The position numbers were made by a program, and so were the translations under genes. Below the pieces are notes generated by a model. The model saw nothing but the letters and a program-made list of their open reading frames with translations, searched no databases and was not told the origin of the DNA. A stretch of 64,000 bases of DNA from an uncultured Verrucomicrobiae bacterium (lineage in GTDB: Bacteria; Verrucomicrobiota; Verrucomicrobiia; Limisphaerales; Palsa-1400): positions 224,001 through 288,000 of the forward strand of contig CAVPOM010000014.1 of assembly GCA_963707025.1 (NCBI GenBank), in the 5' to 3' direction. Positions 43,585 to 54,743 of the stretch are shown piece by piece. The stretch's first letter is position 1. The number at the start of each line of letters is the position of its first letter.

Positions 43585-46263
43585 CTATGGCGGGGCCGGT
43601 CCCTGGGTGACTTCCACCAACTCATCCGGCCGCAGCCATTTGGCGAAGGCGGCCCGGACATCCCTGGCCGTGAGTTTGACGTAACGCTGCGCCGCCAGCG
43701 TCGGCTCGTCCAGCGGCAGGTCCAGAATCGAGCGCGCAAGCCAGCCGGCGGCGACGCGGTCCACGCTGGATTCGGAAAGGGGAATGTCGCGCAGGAGCAG
43801 CACCTGGGCCTGGCGCAGCTCATGGGCCGTCACATTCTTGGCGCTGATCTGCTTGAGGTTGCTCACGATCATGGCCCGGGCCTTGGCCACGTTGGGCGGA
43901 TCGCAGGCATACTCCACCTGATAAACACTGCGCGTCAAACCGATGTTCAAAGAGGAGGAAACAAAATAGACCAGGCCGCTGTTCGCGCGCAGGTCGCGAT
44001 ACAACCGGGTGGCGTAAAACGCGCCGCCCAGCACATGATTGCCCAGCTCCAGGGCGTAGTAATCCGCATTGGTGCGGGTCACGCCCAGGGTTTGGGCCAG
44101 AGTGGTTTTATCCTGCACACGGCTGGCGTCGGGGACATCGGTGGTGGCGGTGGCATTGGTTGGGGCCGGCGGGAACAGGGTCCCGGGTTTGGGGCCGACC
44201 GCCCGCCAACCGCCAAAGTATTTGGAGATGACAGCCTGGGCCTGTTCCGGCGTGACGCTGCCGATGACGACCAGGGTGGTCAGATCGGGCCGGAAAACTT
44301 TTTGGTGATAATCCCGCACGTCCTGGATGGTGAGCGACTTGATCGTCTCGGGCGTGGTTTCGCGCTGCGCCGGATCGGTCTTGGGATACAAGGCCGCCCG
44401 CAGGGCGCGCCCCGCCAGGTAGTCGGGACTTTGCATTTCGCCGGCAACGGAGGCGGCCAGTTGGGGCTGAAGGATCTTGAAATCCTCCTCCGGCAGCGCC
44501 GGAGAAATCTCATTTTCGGCCAGCAACCGCACCCCGCGCTCGAATTGGCCGGCCAGCACCTGCAAGGAAAAATCGTCGCCGGGCGATTCGATGGCGCCGA
44601 TGTCGTCCAGGGCCTTCTGGAAGGCCAGGCGATCCAGCGTGGCGGTGCCGTAGGAGAAAAGCTGCCCCAGGGCCTGGTCCACCCCGTCCTTGCCCTCCGG
44701 CGCCTCCATTTTCGCATTAGTCTTGACACGGCCATAAACACTGACGGTGTCGCTGATCGTCTCGGTTTGCACGATCAGCCTGAGGCCGTTGGGCAGGGTC
44801 GTCACCACCGGATGCAAGGTGGAGGCGGGAATGGCGAGCCGTTGCGTCGCGTTCCGCGCCCACGACGGCAGGCTGGCCCCGCTCGCCTTGGAGGACCCGA
44901 AGGATTCCTTGCCGCCGAAGCCCTTGGAGGAAACCGGCTTGCCGGAAGGCTGCGGCGTCAAAATCGCGGTGATGGCCTGATCGAAATTAAGGCAGGTCCC
45001 GGCCAGGCGATTGACCTCCGCGACGGTGACCCGCCGCAGGGCTTCGATGTCGTCGTCCGGCGATTGCCGCCCTTCGCCCGCCACCGCCTGGGACCAGGTC
45101 ATGGCCAGCCCCGAAACGGAATTCTTTTGAAATTCCGCCGTGGCGATTTCCCGGCGTTTGGCCGCCTCGACCAGCTCCGCCATCACGCCGTTGGTGATTT
45201 CCGCCGCGAGAATGCCGCGCACTTGTTGCGCCAGCAGCGCGGAATCGGCTCCCGCCGGAAAGGCGGCGACGGCGTAGCCCAGGCCGGCCTGCTGCATCCC
45301 CTCGTAGGAAAACCCGGCGTACAACGCCTTGCCTTCCGGCACCAAGCCGTAGAGCTTGCCGCGCTGGCTGCTCAACACGTCGGACAGAATTTGCGCCGCC
45401 GCGTATTCCGGGCTGTCCGAGCCGGGCAAACGGAAGCTCAGCACGACCAGTCCGTAGGGCAGATCGGTATCCAGTTTCTCTGTTGCCGCCGCCACCGGTT
45501 GAAAGGAAAACTCCGGCCGCGGCGGAAGTTTGGACGGGGCAATGCCGCCAAAGAACTTTTTCACCTGCGCCAGCGCCTGGGCCGGCTGCACATCGCCGGC
45601 GATGACGAGAATGGCGTTGTTGGGCGCATACCAGGTTTGGTGAAACTGTTTCAGCATGGCCCCGGTGGTTTTATCAAAAGACGGCCGCGTGCCCAGGGCG
45701 TCGTGCTCGTAGGGCGTTCCCTTGAACATGGCCTGCAGGAGTTTCACTTCGAAAACATAGACCGGGTTCGACAAATCCTGCGCCACTTCCTGTTCAATCG
45801 CGCCCCGCTCCTTCTCCCACAAGGCCTCCGTGCTCAACAGGTCCCGCATCCGAATCGCCTCGATGCGCAGCGCCACGTCCAAATCCTCCGCCGGCGCGGT
45901 GAAAAAATACTGGGTGATGGCCTGCTGCGTGTCGGCGTCGAACTCCCCGCCCAAACCCGCCGTCACGTCGGCCAGTTGATCGGCCGACAAACCCGGACTG
46001 CCGCGAAACATCATGTGTTCGGCCGCATGCGCCATGCCGGGAAAATCGGCCGGGCATTCATCCGAGCCGACTTTATAGTTGATGACCGTCGTGACCACCG
46101 GCGCGAGCGGGTTCTGCACGATGATGACGCTCAGTCCGTTGGAGAGCGTGGAGCGCACCACGTTCTTTTCCGCCGCCATTCCGGCGGCCCCGCCGCGCAG
46201 GTCGGCCCCCCACGTCAGCGCGGCCAGGCAGATAACAATTCTCAACTGGAAACGATTTTTCAT
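43585..46263 (-). CDS. M16 family zinc protease (pitrilysin-like), secreted
   Basis: GMAHAAEHMMF HxxEH, WYAPNNA, duplicated halves; ATG at 46263 with signal peptide. Confidence 0.92.
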   Translation of the reverse strand: MKNRFQLRIVICLAALTWGADLRGGAAGMAAEKNVVRSTLSNGLSVIIVQNPLAPVVTTVINYKVGSDECPADFPGMAHAAEHMMFRGSPGLSADQLADVTAGLGGEFDADTQQAITQYFFTAPAEDLDVALRIEAIRMRDLLSTEALWEKERGAIEQEVAQDLSNPVYVFEVKLLQAMFKGTPYEHDALGTRPSFDKTTGAMLKQFHQTWYAPNNAILVIAGDVQPAQALAQVKKFFGGIAPSKLPPRPEFSFQPVAAATEKLDTDLPYGLVVLSFRLPGSDSPEYAAAQILSDVLSSQRGKLYGLVPEGKALYAGFSYEGMQQAGLGYAVAAFPAGADSALLAQQVRGILAAEITNGVMAELVEAAKRREIATAEFQKNSVSGLAMTWSQAVAGEGRQSPDDDIEALRRVTVAEVNRLAGTCLNFDQAITAILTPQPSGKPVSSKGFGGKESFGSSKASGASLPSWARNATQRLAIPASTLHPVVTTLPNGLRLIVQTETISDTVSVYGRVKTNAKMEAPEGKDGVDQALGQLFSYGTATLDRLAFQKALDDIGAIESPGDDFSLQVLAGQFERGVRLLAENEISPALPEEDFKILQPQLAASVAGEMQSPDYLAGRALRAALYPKTDPAQRETTPETIKSLTIQDVRDYHQKVFRPDLTTLVVIGSVTPEQAQAVISKYFGGWRAVGPKPGTLFPPAPTNATATTDVPDASRVQDKTTLAQTLGVTRTNADYYALELGNHVLGGAFYATRLYRDLRANSGLVYFVSSSLNIGLTRSVYQVEYACDPPNVAKARAMIVSNLKQISAKNVTAHELRQAQVLLLRDIPLSESSVDRVAAGWLARSILDLPLDEPTLAAQRYVKLTARDVRAAFAKWLRPDELVEVTQGPAPP

Positions 46264-46348
46264 GGGCGCAAACCTAACCCCATCGCGCGGCTTCGACAAG
46301 AACGCGTTGCCTTGTCGAGGCAGCAAGGCGGTTAACGGCAGCTTGTTT

Positions 46349-46472
46349 GGAGTGCGGGAGCTTGCTCCCGCTTTTCGCAAACTGCGGCTGCCGAAACGGC
46401 TCTTTCCGCACCCGTTCCCTCCCGGCATGTAGCGTTGCGCCTGTGGCGCAAGGCCCGATGCTTCCCGCTTGC
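46349..46472 (+). repeat. GGAG-type REP plus left copy of an ~80-bp direct repeat
   Basis: GGAGTGCGGGAGCTTGCTCCCGCTTT; TGTGGCGCAAGGCCCGAT at 46442-46459. Confidence 0.7.
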
Positions 46473-46607
46473 GGGGAGCGCGCGTCCCGATTCCGAAGCC
46501 CCTCCGCCTGGCCGCCGTCTTTTGCCCGCGCGGATGGAGCCGGCGGAAATTTCGGCTGGACAGATGCGCCAAATGGGTGTCTTTTGAGCGCAACGTTATT
46601 TACAGCC

Positions 46608-47156
46608 ATGATTGTCCAATTCACCGGCCTTGCCACACTGGCTCTGCTTACGCAGACCACCACCATTTTTTTCGCCGACTCCTGGAAGGAAAAGTTGCAG
46701 AAGGCGCTGCCCTTGATCGGTCATCGCAACTGGATCGTGGTCGCCGACTCGGCTTACCCGCTGCAGACGGCGCAGGGCATCGAGACCATTCGCGCCAATG
46801 CCGATCCGTTGACGGTGGTGCGGGAGGTTTTGGCCGAACTGGCCAAATCCAAGCACGTCCAGCCGGCGATCTTCACCGATGCGGAGTTGAAATTCGTGGC
46901 GGAGAAAAATGCGCCCGGCATCAGCGCCTATCGTGACGCGCTGGGCGCGATGCTGGCGGACAAAAGCGCCCAAGTCCTGCCGCACGAGCAGATCATCGCC
47001 AAGCTGGACGAGGCGGGAAAAACCTTCAAAGTGCTGCTGATCAAAACTCCGCTGGCCCTGCCCTACACCTCCGTTTTCTTCCAGCTTGACTGCGGCTATT
47101 GGAACGCCGCCGCGGAGAAGGAATTGCGCGGCGTCATGCGCGCGGCCGGGCAATAG
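46608..47156 (+). CDS. RbsD/FucU-like protein
   Basis: IGHRNWIVVADSAYP and PHEQ...KT...PY resemble the RbsD/FucU fold. Confidence 0.6.
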   Translation: MIVQFTGLATLALLTQTTTIFFADSWKEKLQKALPLIGHRNWIVVADSAYPLQTAQGIETIRANADPLTVVREVLAELAKSKHVQPAIFTDAELKFVAEKNAPGISAYRDALGAMLADKSAQVLPHEQIIAKLDEAGKTFKVLLIKTPLALPYTSVFFQLDCGYWNAAAEKELRGVMRAAGQ

Positions 47157-47173
47157 GTGGTGCCGCCTGCCCT

Positions 47174-47307
47174 GTAGCGGCGGTCTATGACCGCCGCCAA
47201 AACGCTTCTTGTCGCCCCCGTCGCGGTCCTGCGTGTAGCCGTGAGCTTGTGGCGCAAGGCCCGATACGTCCTGCTTTTCCCAAAGCGGCGGCAAGCCGCC
47301 GCACTCC
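47174..47307. repeat. GTAG REP, right copy of the ~80-bp direct repeat, and inverted GGAG REP
   Basis: GTAGCGGCGGTCTATGACCGCCG; TGTGGCGCAAGGCCCGAT 47248-47265; AAAGCGGCGGCAAGCCGCCGCACTCC. Confidence 0.7.
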
Positions 47308-47487
47308 AAAGGAACCGAGAAAGACCTTGTTTCCGCCGCCGCCATTTGGCTTACTGCGTGGTCAGGTTGCTCAAGATTATGAGGTTACGCATGCTCCGCA
47401 CGCATTTCCGCTGTCAAGAAGGCCGCGCCAGGGCCGTGGCGGAGGCGGGGCCATTGTTCATTTTGCATTTTGCATTTTTCAATTGCC

Positions 47488-48174
47488 ATGACGCTGCTGG
47501 AAATCACGCGACTTAAGAAATCGTTCCTCACCCCCGATGGGGAGACCCACACCGTGGTGGACGTGGCCTCGTTTTGCATGGCGGACCAGGCGCACGTGGC
47601 GCTGAGCGGGGAAAGCGGTTCGGGCAAGACCACCCTGCTCAATCTCATCGCGGGAATTCTCAAGCCCGATTCGGGCTCGATCGTGCTGGCCGGGCGCGAG
47701 ATGTCGGCCCTGGGCGAACCGGCGCGCGACCGGCTGCGGGCCACGACGATCGGTTACATTTTTCAAACCTTCAATCTGTTGCAAGGCTATACCTGCCTGG
47801 AAAATGTTCTTTTGGGGATGTCCTTTGGGCCGGGTGTGGACCGGGAGTTCGCCCGGTCGCTGCTGTCGCGGGTGGGGTTGGACAAGCGGCTGAAACATTA
47901 TCCCCGCCAGCTTTCCACCGGGCAACAGCAGAGGGTGGCGGTGGCCCGCGCCCTGGCCAACCGGCCAAGGCTGGTGCTGGCCGACGAGCCGACCGGCAAT
48001 CTGGACCACAAGACGGCGACCGAATCCCTCGCCCTCATCCGCGAAGCCTGCCGGGAAAACGGGGCCGCCCTGCTCCTGGTCAGCCACGATCGCGAGGTGC
48101 TCGGCCAGTTCGAAACCGTCCAGCCCCTGCACCTGATCGACCAGGCCGCCGCCCAACCGGAGGGAATGAAATGA
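47488..48174 (+). CDS. ABC transporter ATP-binding protein (LolD-like)
   Basis: GESGSGKT, LSTGQQQRV, LADEPTGNLD. Confidence 0.93.
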   Translation: MTLLEITRLKKSFLTPDGETHTVVDVASFCMADQAHVALSGESGSGKTTLLNLIAGILKPDSGSIVLAGREMSALGEPARDRLRATTIGYIFQTFNLLQGYTCLENVLLGMSFGPGVDREFARSLLSRVGLDKRLKHYPRQLSTGQQQRVAVARALANRPRLVLADEPTGNLDHKTATESLALIREACRENGAALLLVSHDREVLGQFETVQPLHLIDQAAAQPEGMK

Positions 48175-48270
48175 GTCTTTGGCGGATGGCGCGGCGGCGC
48201 CCGCGCCGGCCGGCGTTGTCAACCATTATTACGGCGCCTCCCGCCGGGCTGGGCGCGGAGTCGGTTTGTT
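48171..48270 (+). pseudogene. Degenerate 5' remnant of an ABC permease
   Basis: ATGA coupling to the ATPase; MSLWRMARR...ALSTIITA...GL permease-like start, then runs into the convergent kinase. Confidence 0.45.
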
Positions 48271-48309
48271 TGCAGTATGGACAGCCGCGGGGGAGGGCCG
48301 CGCCGGAAA

Positions 48310-51030
48310 TCAATTGTGGCCCGGGGAGGCGGGCTGGAGGGGGAGTTCGAGGGTGAAGGCGGCGCCCCGGCCGGGCCCGTCGCTGTGGACCCGGAGTTCG
48401 CCGCCCAGTTGCTTGGCGGCCAGGGCGCCGCTGTGCAGGCCAAAGCCGTGGCCGTCCTTGCGGGTGGTGAAGCCGTGGGCGAAGATCCGGGTCAAGTTGC
48501 CGGGCGAGATGCCGATGCCGTTGTCAATAACGGAAATTTTCACGCGATAGTTGCCGTTGAGGCCCACGCGCAAGATGATCCGCTTGTGGGCGGGGCCGCC
48601 TTCCTCGCAGGCGTATTTGGCGTTGCCGATCAAATTGACGAGGATTTGCAAGACTTTGTGTCTGTCCACCTGGACGGCGGGCACCGGGGCATAATCGCGC
48701 ACGACCTGGATGCCATGCCGCTCCAAGCCGCCCAGATTCATGCGCAAGGCATCCTCCACCAGCCTGTCCGGCGGCAACTCCTCCACCAGGCCGGCGACCC
48801 GGCCGTAATTTTGCTGCATGGCCACAATTTCGTTGATGTGCTCGATGTTGCGGCTCAACAACTCCAGTTCCTCCAGCATGGCGGCGTGGTCGCTGGCGAG
48901 CAAATCGGAGATGGCGCCCAGATAAGCCGGCAACTGTAGGCCTTTGGGATCGTGGGCGAGAAAGGCCGGCAAATCATGGGCGTGATCCTGGAGCAGCGCG
49001 GCCGCCTTGCCCAGGTTAGCCACCTTGGAATTGCGGACCTTGTTCATGATCATGCTGGTGGAGATATTGACGCTGGTCAGGACGTTGCCGACGTTGTGCA
49101 GCACGCTGGTGGCCACTTCCGCCATCCCGGCCAGGCGGGAACTGAGCACCAACTGTTTATGGACTTCCTCCAACTCGGCCTCGCTCTGCCGGCGCTGGGT
49201 AATATCGGCGAAGGTGGCGACATATCCGGCTATCTTCCCCAGACTGCCCAGGCGCGGCGAGGCCAGACAGTTGACCCAGCAGATTTGCCCGTCCGGGCGC
49301 AACAGGCGGAATTCCGCGGACCAGGCCTTCCCGGCCGCCGCCGCCTCCGACCAGGATCGTGCCACCCCGGCGCGGTCGTCGGGATGAACCGCCTTGCTCC
49401 AACCCCAACTCGCCGGCCCGGCCGCATCCCGGCCCGAAATTTCCGTCCCGCGCGGGTTCACGTAAGTGCAGACGCCGAGCGCATCCGTTTCGACCACCCC
49501 CACCGGCAGACAGGCGGCGAGCTTGCGAAAGCGTTCCTCGCTGCGCCCCAGTTCCTCGGTACGTTGGGCCACGCGGCGCTCCAGCCGGGCATTGGCGCGC
49601 TGCAACACCCCGACCCACCCCAACGTCAGGGCGGCCCCCACCAGCAATGCGCCCAGCACCCAAAGAACGCGGGTGGGCGTCCACCAGGCGGCGCGTTCCA
49701 ACAACACCAGGCCCCCGGCGGAGCGCAGGCGCAGTTCAAAGGAGCGCACGTCAAGATTTTGATCCACCTCGATCAAGCAGACGCCCGTGACCTGCAGGCG
49801 GCTGCCCGCGGGAAATTCCTCGATGTTTCTGGCATTGTTCAGCCGCGCTTTGAAGATGACATTATTGGCGCCCCGCAACAAGAGGGTTCGCTCCGAAGGC
49901 CCATGCCGCCACTCCAGCACGACCGCTGGAATGGTCACCAACTCCGCGTCAATGCGGCCGCTGGCAATCTCTTCCATCGTCACCGCCAGAGGAAGCGGGG
50001 CCGGGCCGGCGGCCAGACGGCGAAAACTCCCGTCCTCAATGACCAGGGCGTGGTCGGTTTTCTCATAAAAGCCGATGACGTCCACCTGGTCGCCCGGTTT
50101 GGCCCCGCCCATCTCCGAGGTGCGCACCTCGATGCTGTTGGTTCCCTGGCGCACGAACAAGGCCTCGCCCGGCAGCAGCAAGGTCGCCACACCCTGGATA
50201 TGAATTTGCTCGCCCGCCCGTTTCTCCGCCCTATGACCCAAAGAAGCCAGGGGGGTAATGGGGAGCGAATAGGGATCTGACCGGGCCGCCGCCAGCATCG
50301 TGACCTGGTCAATGGAGGGCACGAGCAATTCAGCGGTGATAAATTGCTCTTTGCTGTTGAAGGATCCACAGGCTACGCCATGGATGCGGACCCGCGAGTT
50401 GACCCAGCCGGACGCAGCCAGTTTTGTGGGCGGGGAAACCGAGACTTTCAGTCTCTGCGCCCGGCCCATGGCGACCTCCAAAACCAGGAAATCATTGGTC
50501 ATCATCGTGGCCGAACGAACCAACCCATCCACCTCGACCCATTGGCAATCGGCCCGTCCGGCCCGCAAATCGGGGAAGGAAACCTTGAGCGGCTTGGGAA
50601 ACTCGCCCGGCCCGATGTGGTGGAAAACCGGCTGGCTGATGGTGGGGGCGTAAACATTGGCATCCGCTTTCCCTTCCAGCTCCACCAATTGTCCGGCGGC
50701 GGCGGGAGGCAGGCGATTGGTCCAAAACACGGCCACGCCGGCGGTTTCATCCTGCACGAAGCCGTACCTGGCGCCCGGGTCCACGAACGTCATCACGCCG
50801 CGCAGCCTCACATGGTTGGACAGCGCCAGTTGATCCGCCGGCAGTTCCAGCACTTGGATGGCGTTGGTGAGAACGGGGCGGGCAATGGCAACCGGGGCGG
50901 GAGCGATGGCCGGGGTGTCGTCCGCGGCCGGGCACAAAGGGGCCGCCAACAACAACGCCGCGGCCAGCGAGGCCGCCTTCCGCCGGGAATGGGCGCCATT
51001 CTCCGTGTTCAGTTTTTTCGACATGGACAT
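48310..51030 (-). CDS. Membrane PAS sensor histidine kinase with large extracytoplasmic domain
   Basis: GMAEVATSVLHNVGN, NLIGNAK, DNGIG, GHGFGL. Confidence 0.92.
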   Translation of the reverse strand: MSMSKKLNTENGAHSRRKAASLAAALLLAAPLCPAADDTPAIAPAPVAIARPVLTNAIQVLELPADQLALSNHVRLRGVMTFVDPGARYGFVQDETAGVAVFWTNRLPPAAAGQLVELEGKADANVYAPTISQPVFHHIGPGEFPKPLKVSFPDLRAGRADCQWVEVDGLVRSATMMTNDFLVLEVAMGRAQRLKVSVSPPTKLAASGWVNSRVRIHGVACGSFNSKEQFITAELLVPSIDQVTMLAAARSDPYSLPITPLASLGHRAEKRAGEQIHIQGVATLLLPGEALFVRQGTNSIEVRTSEMGGAKPGDQVDVIGFYEKTDHALVIEDGSFRRLAAGPAPLPLAVTMEEIASGRIDAELVTIPAVVLEWRHGPSERTLLLRGANNVIFKARLNNARNIEEFPAGSRLQVTGVCLIEVDQNLDVRSFELRLRSAGGLVLLERAAWWTPTRVLWVLGALLVGAALTLGWVGVLQRANARLERRVAQRTEELGRSEERFRKLAACLPVGVVETDALGVCTYVNPRGTEISGRDAAGPASWGWSKAVHPDDRAGVARSWSEAAAAGKAWSAEFRLLRPDGQICWVNCLASPRLGSLGKIAGYVATFADITQRRQSEAELEEVHKQLVLSSRLAGMAEVATSVLHNVGNVLTSVNISTSMIMNKVRNSKVANLGKAAALLQDHAHDLPAFLAHDPKGLQLPAYLGAISDLLASDHAAMLEELELLSRNIEHINEIVAMQQNYGRVAGLVEELPPDRLVEDALRMNLGGLERHGIQVVRDYAPVPAVQVDRHKVLQILVNLIGNAKYACEEGGPAHKRIILRVGLNGNYRVKISVIDNGIGISPGNLTRIFAHGFTTRKDGHGFGLHSGALAAKQLGGELRVHSDGPGRGAAFTLELPLQPASPGHN

Positions 51031-51156
51031 GACGCAAAGCCAGAGAGTCAGTGACTCTATATCGGCAAAATGGCGGTGCGACTTGAGCCGGAAAGGGCAC
51101 CCCCTCGGCAGGGTGAGACATCTCCAATCCCTGGGAGGACTTAACGTGCGGAGCGA

Positions 51157-51963
51157 TTAAAAGTCGGCCCGAACGTCTGCGACAATGGTGCTTTCGATGG
51201 GTGGAACCGGAGCGACATGGCCGTCGCCAAAGGTGGCATCGGATTTGCCGCCATGCCGGATGCTTAAATAATTGTTGTCGCCCCCTGCCGGGGTCAGCGG
51301 TTGAAAGCGGCCGCATTCCAGCACCCAGGTGCTGCCCGCCGCGACTTCCAACGGCGGCTCGTCGCTGGGTTTGAGCAGCGCCACCGGTTCGGCCAGCATG
51401 ATCTTGTTGGCCAGCGCCCGCACCTGCGTCAGCTTGAATGGATACTGCACCCCGGCGTCCATAATCGTGGTAAAACCATGATTGATCCCATTGTCCACGT
51501 TGAAACTGGTGAATTCGTAACTGAAATAATAAACCGGCGTCCCATTGGCGATCCGGCTGCTGTCATTCAGATCCAGCGGACAGCGGAAGATATTGGTGCT
51601 CGCCCTGGTGCCCAGTTGCTGCAGCATCGGGCTGTCCGACAGACTGTGGATGGAGCCATCGGGAAAGGGGTAGGCGTTGGTCGGCACCCGCCAATAAATC
51701 CAATCGGACAGTTCCGGTCCATAGTCGTTGCGCGAGGCCGAGCCGGCGAAAAGTTGCCGGTTGTCATCAATATAAAAAAACATGCCCAGGCCAATTTGCT
51801 TCATGTTGCTTTTGCAGGAAGCCTGGGCGGCCGCCTGTTTGGCCCTGGCCAGCGCGGGCAGGAGCAGCGCCGCCAGAATGGCAATGATGGCGATGACCAC
51901 CAGCAATTCGATCAGAGTGAACGCCCTGCTCCGTGCCGATGCAAAATGAGGCCGGTTTGTCAT
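51157..51963 (-). CDS. Prepilin-type N-terminal cleavage / H-X9-DG domain protein
   Basis: [33 protein letters not shown]. Confidence 0.92.
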   Translation of the reverse strand: MTNRPHFASARSRAFTLIELLVVIAIIAILAALLLPALARAKQAAAQASCKSNMKQIGLGMFFYIDDNRQLFAGSASRNDYGPELSDWIYWRVPTNAYPFPDGSIHSLSDSPMLQQLGTRASTNIFRCPLDLNDSSRIANGTPVYYFSYEFTSFNVDNGINHGFTTIMDAGVQYPFKLTQVRALANKIMLAEPVALLKPSDEPPLEVAAGSTWVLECGRFQPLTPAGGDNNYLSIRHGGKSDATFGDGHVAPVPPIESTIVADVRADF

Positions 51964-52230
51964 GGGATTAAAGTGCCAGCTATGAACACTATAATACCGA
52001 CCTTTCAATTTCTCACAAGTCACCATAATTGGCGATGGGGAAAGCCTTGGAAGACCGCAGGAACAGGATGAAGCAAGGATTCAGCAAAGAAAACTCCCTT
52101 CTTGCGGCGTCTCAATCTTGGCGGGTCGCGCCAGCGCCGGGCGGGTGCTCCCCTGCCCTCCCGGCGCGACCGGAGTGGGCGTGCTGCCACCCTGGAATGA
52201 GGCGTGGCCTTGCAAATTTCCATTACGCCC

Positions 52231-54159
52231 TCACTCCGCCGCCAGGGTCTTCTCGGCGGCTTGCTCCCATTGGCGGGAGAGAAGCTCGAGACGGGTGGAG
52301 TTATCCGACCACTCGCGGTTGAGGCTCATGGCCTGGCCCGGCTGCCGGTACACCTCGGGGGTTTCCAATGCGGCGGTCAATTCCTTTTGGCGGGTTTCCA
52401 GTTGGAAGATTTCCGCCTCCAATTCGGCGACGCGCTCCTGCTGCGCCTTGCGCTGGCTGGAGCGGGCCTGCCGTTGTTCGGCTTGGATGCGCTTTTGCCC
52501 TTTGCGGCCGGCCTTGTCCGCCGGCGGCGCGGCCGCGGCTTTTTGCCCCGGCACGGCTCCGGCCGGCGGGGAGGCGGCGGCGGTTTTGTCCAAATAGTAT
52601 TGATAGCCGCCGGGGAAATGGGTCAGCCGGCAGGCCTCGACGCGCACGACGTGGTTGCAGAGCTGGCGGATGAAATAAACGTCGTGGCTGATGAAGATGA
52701 GGGTGCCGGTGAACTGGCGCAAGGCGGCGAGCAGTGAGTCAATACTAGGAATGTCCAGGTGCGTCGTCGGCTCGTCCATCAGCAGCAGGTTGGGCGGATG
52801 GAGCAGCAGCTTGACCAGGGCCAGGCGGCTCTTTTCCCCGCCGCTCAGGACGGTCATCTTTTTGAAAACGTCGTCCCCGCGAAAGAGGAACGCGCCCAGC
52901 AGCGTGCGGATGGATTGTTCGGTGATGCGCTCGGGGGTGTCCAGCGCCTCTTCCAGCACGGTGCGGCCGGGCTGGAGCATGTCCACACGGTATTGGGAAT
53001 AATAACCGGTTTTGGCATGGTGCCCCAGCTCGCGCAGGCCCTGCCGGGGATGGACCACCCCGGCCAGGATTTTCAGGAGGGTGGATTTGCCCGCCCCATT
53101 CGGGCCGACCAGCACGGTGCGCTGACCGCGTTCGGCCTGGAAATCCACGCCGCGGTAAATGACGTTTTGGCCGTAGGCGTGGTGAATGTCCTTGAGGGTA
53201 ATGACCTTCAAACCGCTGCGCTGGGGTTGGGGAAAGCGGAAATGGATTTGCGGACCGGCGCTGGCGGGGGCCTCGATCTTTTCCATGCGCCCGACCTGTT
53301 TGAGCTTGCTCTGGGCCTGGGCGGCTTTGCTGGCCTTGGCGCGAAAACGCTCGACGAATTCCATGTGATGGGCGATTTCGCGCTGCTGGTTTTTGTAGGC
53401 GGCCAGCAACTGGATCTCGGCGGCCTGGCGCTGCACAAGGTAATCGTCATAGTTGCCGCGGTAGCGGATCAATTGGCGCTGGCGCAGTTCCCAGATCTGG
53501 TTGGTCAGTTGGTTGAGAAAAGCGCGGTCGTGGGAAATGAGGAGGATGGCGCCGGGATATTGGCGCAGGTAATCCTGGAACCATTGCAAGGATTCCAAAT
53601 CGAGGTGGTTGGTCGGCTCGTCCAGCAGCAGCAAGTCCGGGGACTGGACCAGGAGGCGGGCCAGGTGGGCGCGCATGACCCAGCCACCGCTCATCTCGCG
53701 CAAGGGACGATGGAAATCCGGTTCGCGGAAACTCAAGCCGGCCAGGATTTGTTTGGCCCTGGGTTCGAGTTGATAGCCGCCCAATTGATCGTAGCGGGCG
53801 TGAATGTTGTCATGGTAATCAATCTCATGGTGGGTGGCGGCCTCTTCCGACTCGGCGGCTTTGATCTTCTTCTGCAAGTCCGCAATTTCCGGATTGATGG
53901 CAACGGCCAGTTCCAACACGGTTCCATCCCCGGCGGGGGCGGTTTCCTGGGGCAAATGGCCGACGCTGGCATTTTTTTCCAGCGTGATGAAGCCGGCATC
54001 GGGGGACTCGGTTTGGAGAATCATGGAGAAGAGGGTGGATTTGCCCGCGCCATTAGGCCCGACCAGGCCGATGCGGTCCTGGCGGCCGGCCTGGACGGAG
54101 ACGTTCTCAAACAACGTCTGCGGTCCGTAAGATTTGGCAAGCTCTGAAATGGTCAGCAT
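52231..54159 (-). CDS. ABC-F family ATP-binding protein
   Basis: Two GPNGAGKST motifs, MSGGW, LSGGEK, DEPTNHLD, C-terminal coiled coil. Confidence 0.95.
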   Translation of the reverse strand: MLTISELAKSYGPQTLFENVSVQAGRQDRIGLVGPNGAGKSTLFSMILQTESPDAGFITLEKNASVGHLPQETAPAGDGTVLELAVAINPEIADLQKKIKAAESEEAATHHEIDYHDNIHARYDQLGGYQLEPRAKQILAGLSFREPDFHRPLREMSGGWVMRAHLARLLVQSPDLLLLDEPTNHLDLESLQWFQDYLRQYPGAILLISHDRAFLNQLTNQIWELRQRQLIRYRGNYDDYLVQRQAAEIQLLAAYKNQQREIAHHMEFVERFRAKASKAAQAQSKLKQVGRMEKIEAPASAGPQIHFRFPQPQRSGLKVITLKDIHHAYGQNVIYRGVDFQAERGQRTVLVGPNGAGKSTLLKILAGVVHPRQGLRELGHHAKTGYYSQYRVDMLQPGRTVLEEALDTPERITEQSIRTLLGAFLFRGDDVFKKMTVLSGGEKSRLALVKLLLHPPNLLLMDEPTTHLDIPSIDSLLAALRQFTGTLIFISHDVYFIRQLCNHVVRVEACRLTHFPGGYQYYLDKTAAASPPAGAVPGQKAAAAPPADKAGRKGQKRIQAEQRQARSSQRKAQQERVAELEAEIFQLETRQKELTAALETPEVYRQPGQAMSLNREWSDNSTRLELLSRQWEQAAEKTLAAE

Positions 54160-54269
54160 GAGCGGCCCATTATAGCCCCGAAGGCAGGGCGAATGAAGTG
54201 CAAAATGCAGAAGGCGGAAAGCACAATGGAGTGGTGGAGTTTTGGAGCGACGAACTGGCGGGGTAATGG

Positions 54270-54743
54270 GCATGCTTGTTCAAAAAAACACCTTGATTGG
54301 GCTTGATTGGGCCTAATCTGGAAAACTCCTTTTTGAGCGCAAATGGTTCATGGAAAGGTACTTCCATTGATTTTCCGCAGAAATGCGCAAAAGGCCCGAG
54401 GCGGGTCCGAAACCAAAGGAATTCACCACGGATTTCGGGGATTTCACGGATAAGAAAGACCTTTCATCGCCAAGAGCCCAGGACGGCAAGACGCCGAGCC
54501 AGAAAAGACTCTTAGCGCCCTTGGCCTTTGCGTGAAAACAACACGGTGAGACACCATTGGGGGGGCCGTGGCGCATGGTTCCATCGTTGGTCATGGTTAA
54601 ACAAGTGGTTTGACCGGTTTGACCGGACGGAGACAACGGCAAAAGGCCGCCTGGGCGGAATCCTGGTCCCGTCGCCGTCCGCTGCCACTGTTGCCCTTCC
54701 CTGCTCACTATGCAAATTTTAGCATGTAAATTCGGGCTGTCAA
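54270..54743 (-). repeat. Promoter-headed modular intergenic element, copy B
   Basis: TTGACA-N16-TAAAAT (54743-54716); GGTCAAACC x2 at 54607-54626; core AAGTACCTTTCCATGAACCATTTGC 54339-54363; CCAATCAAGC 10-mers 54285-54310. Confidence 0.75.
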
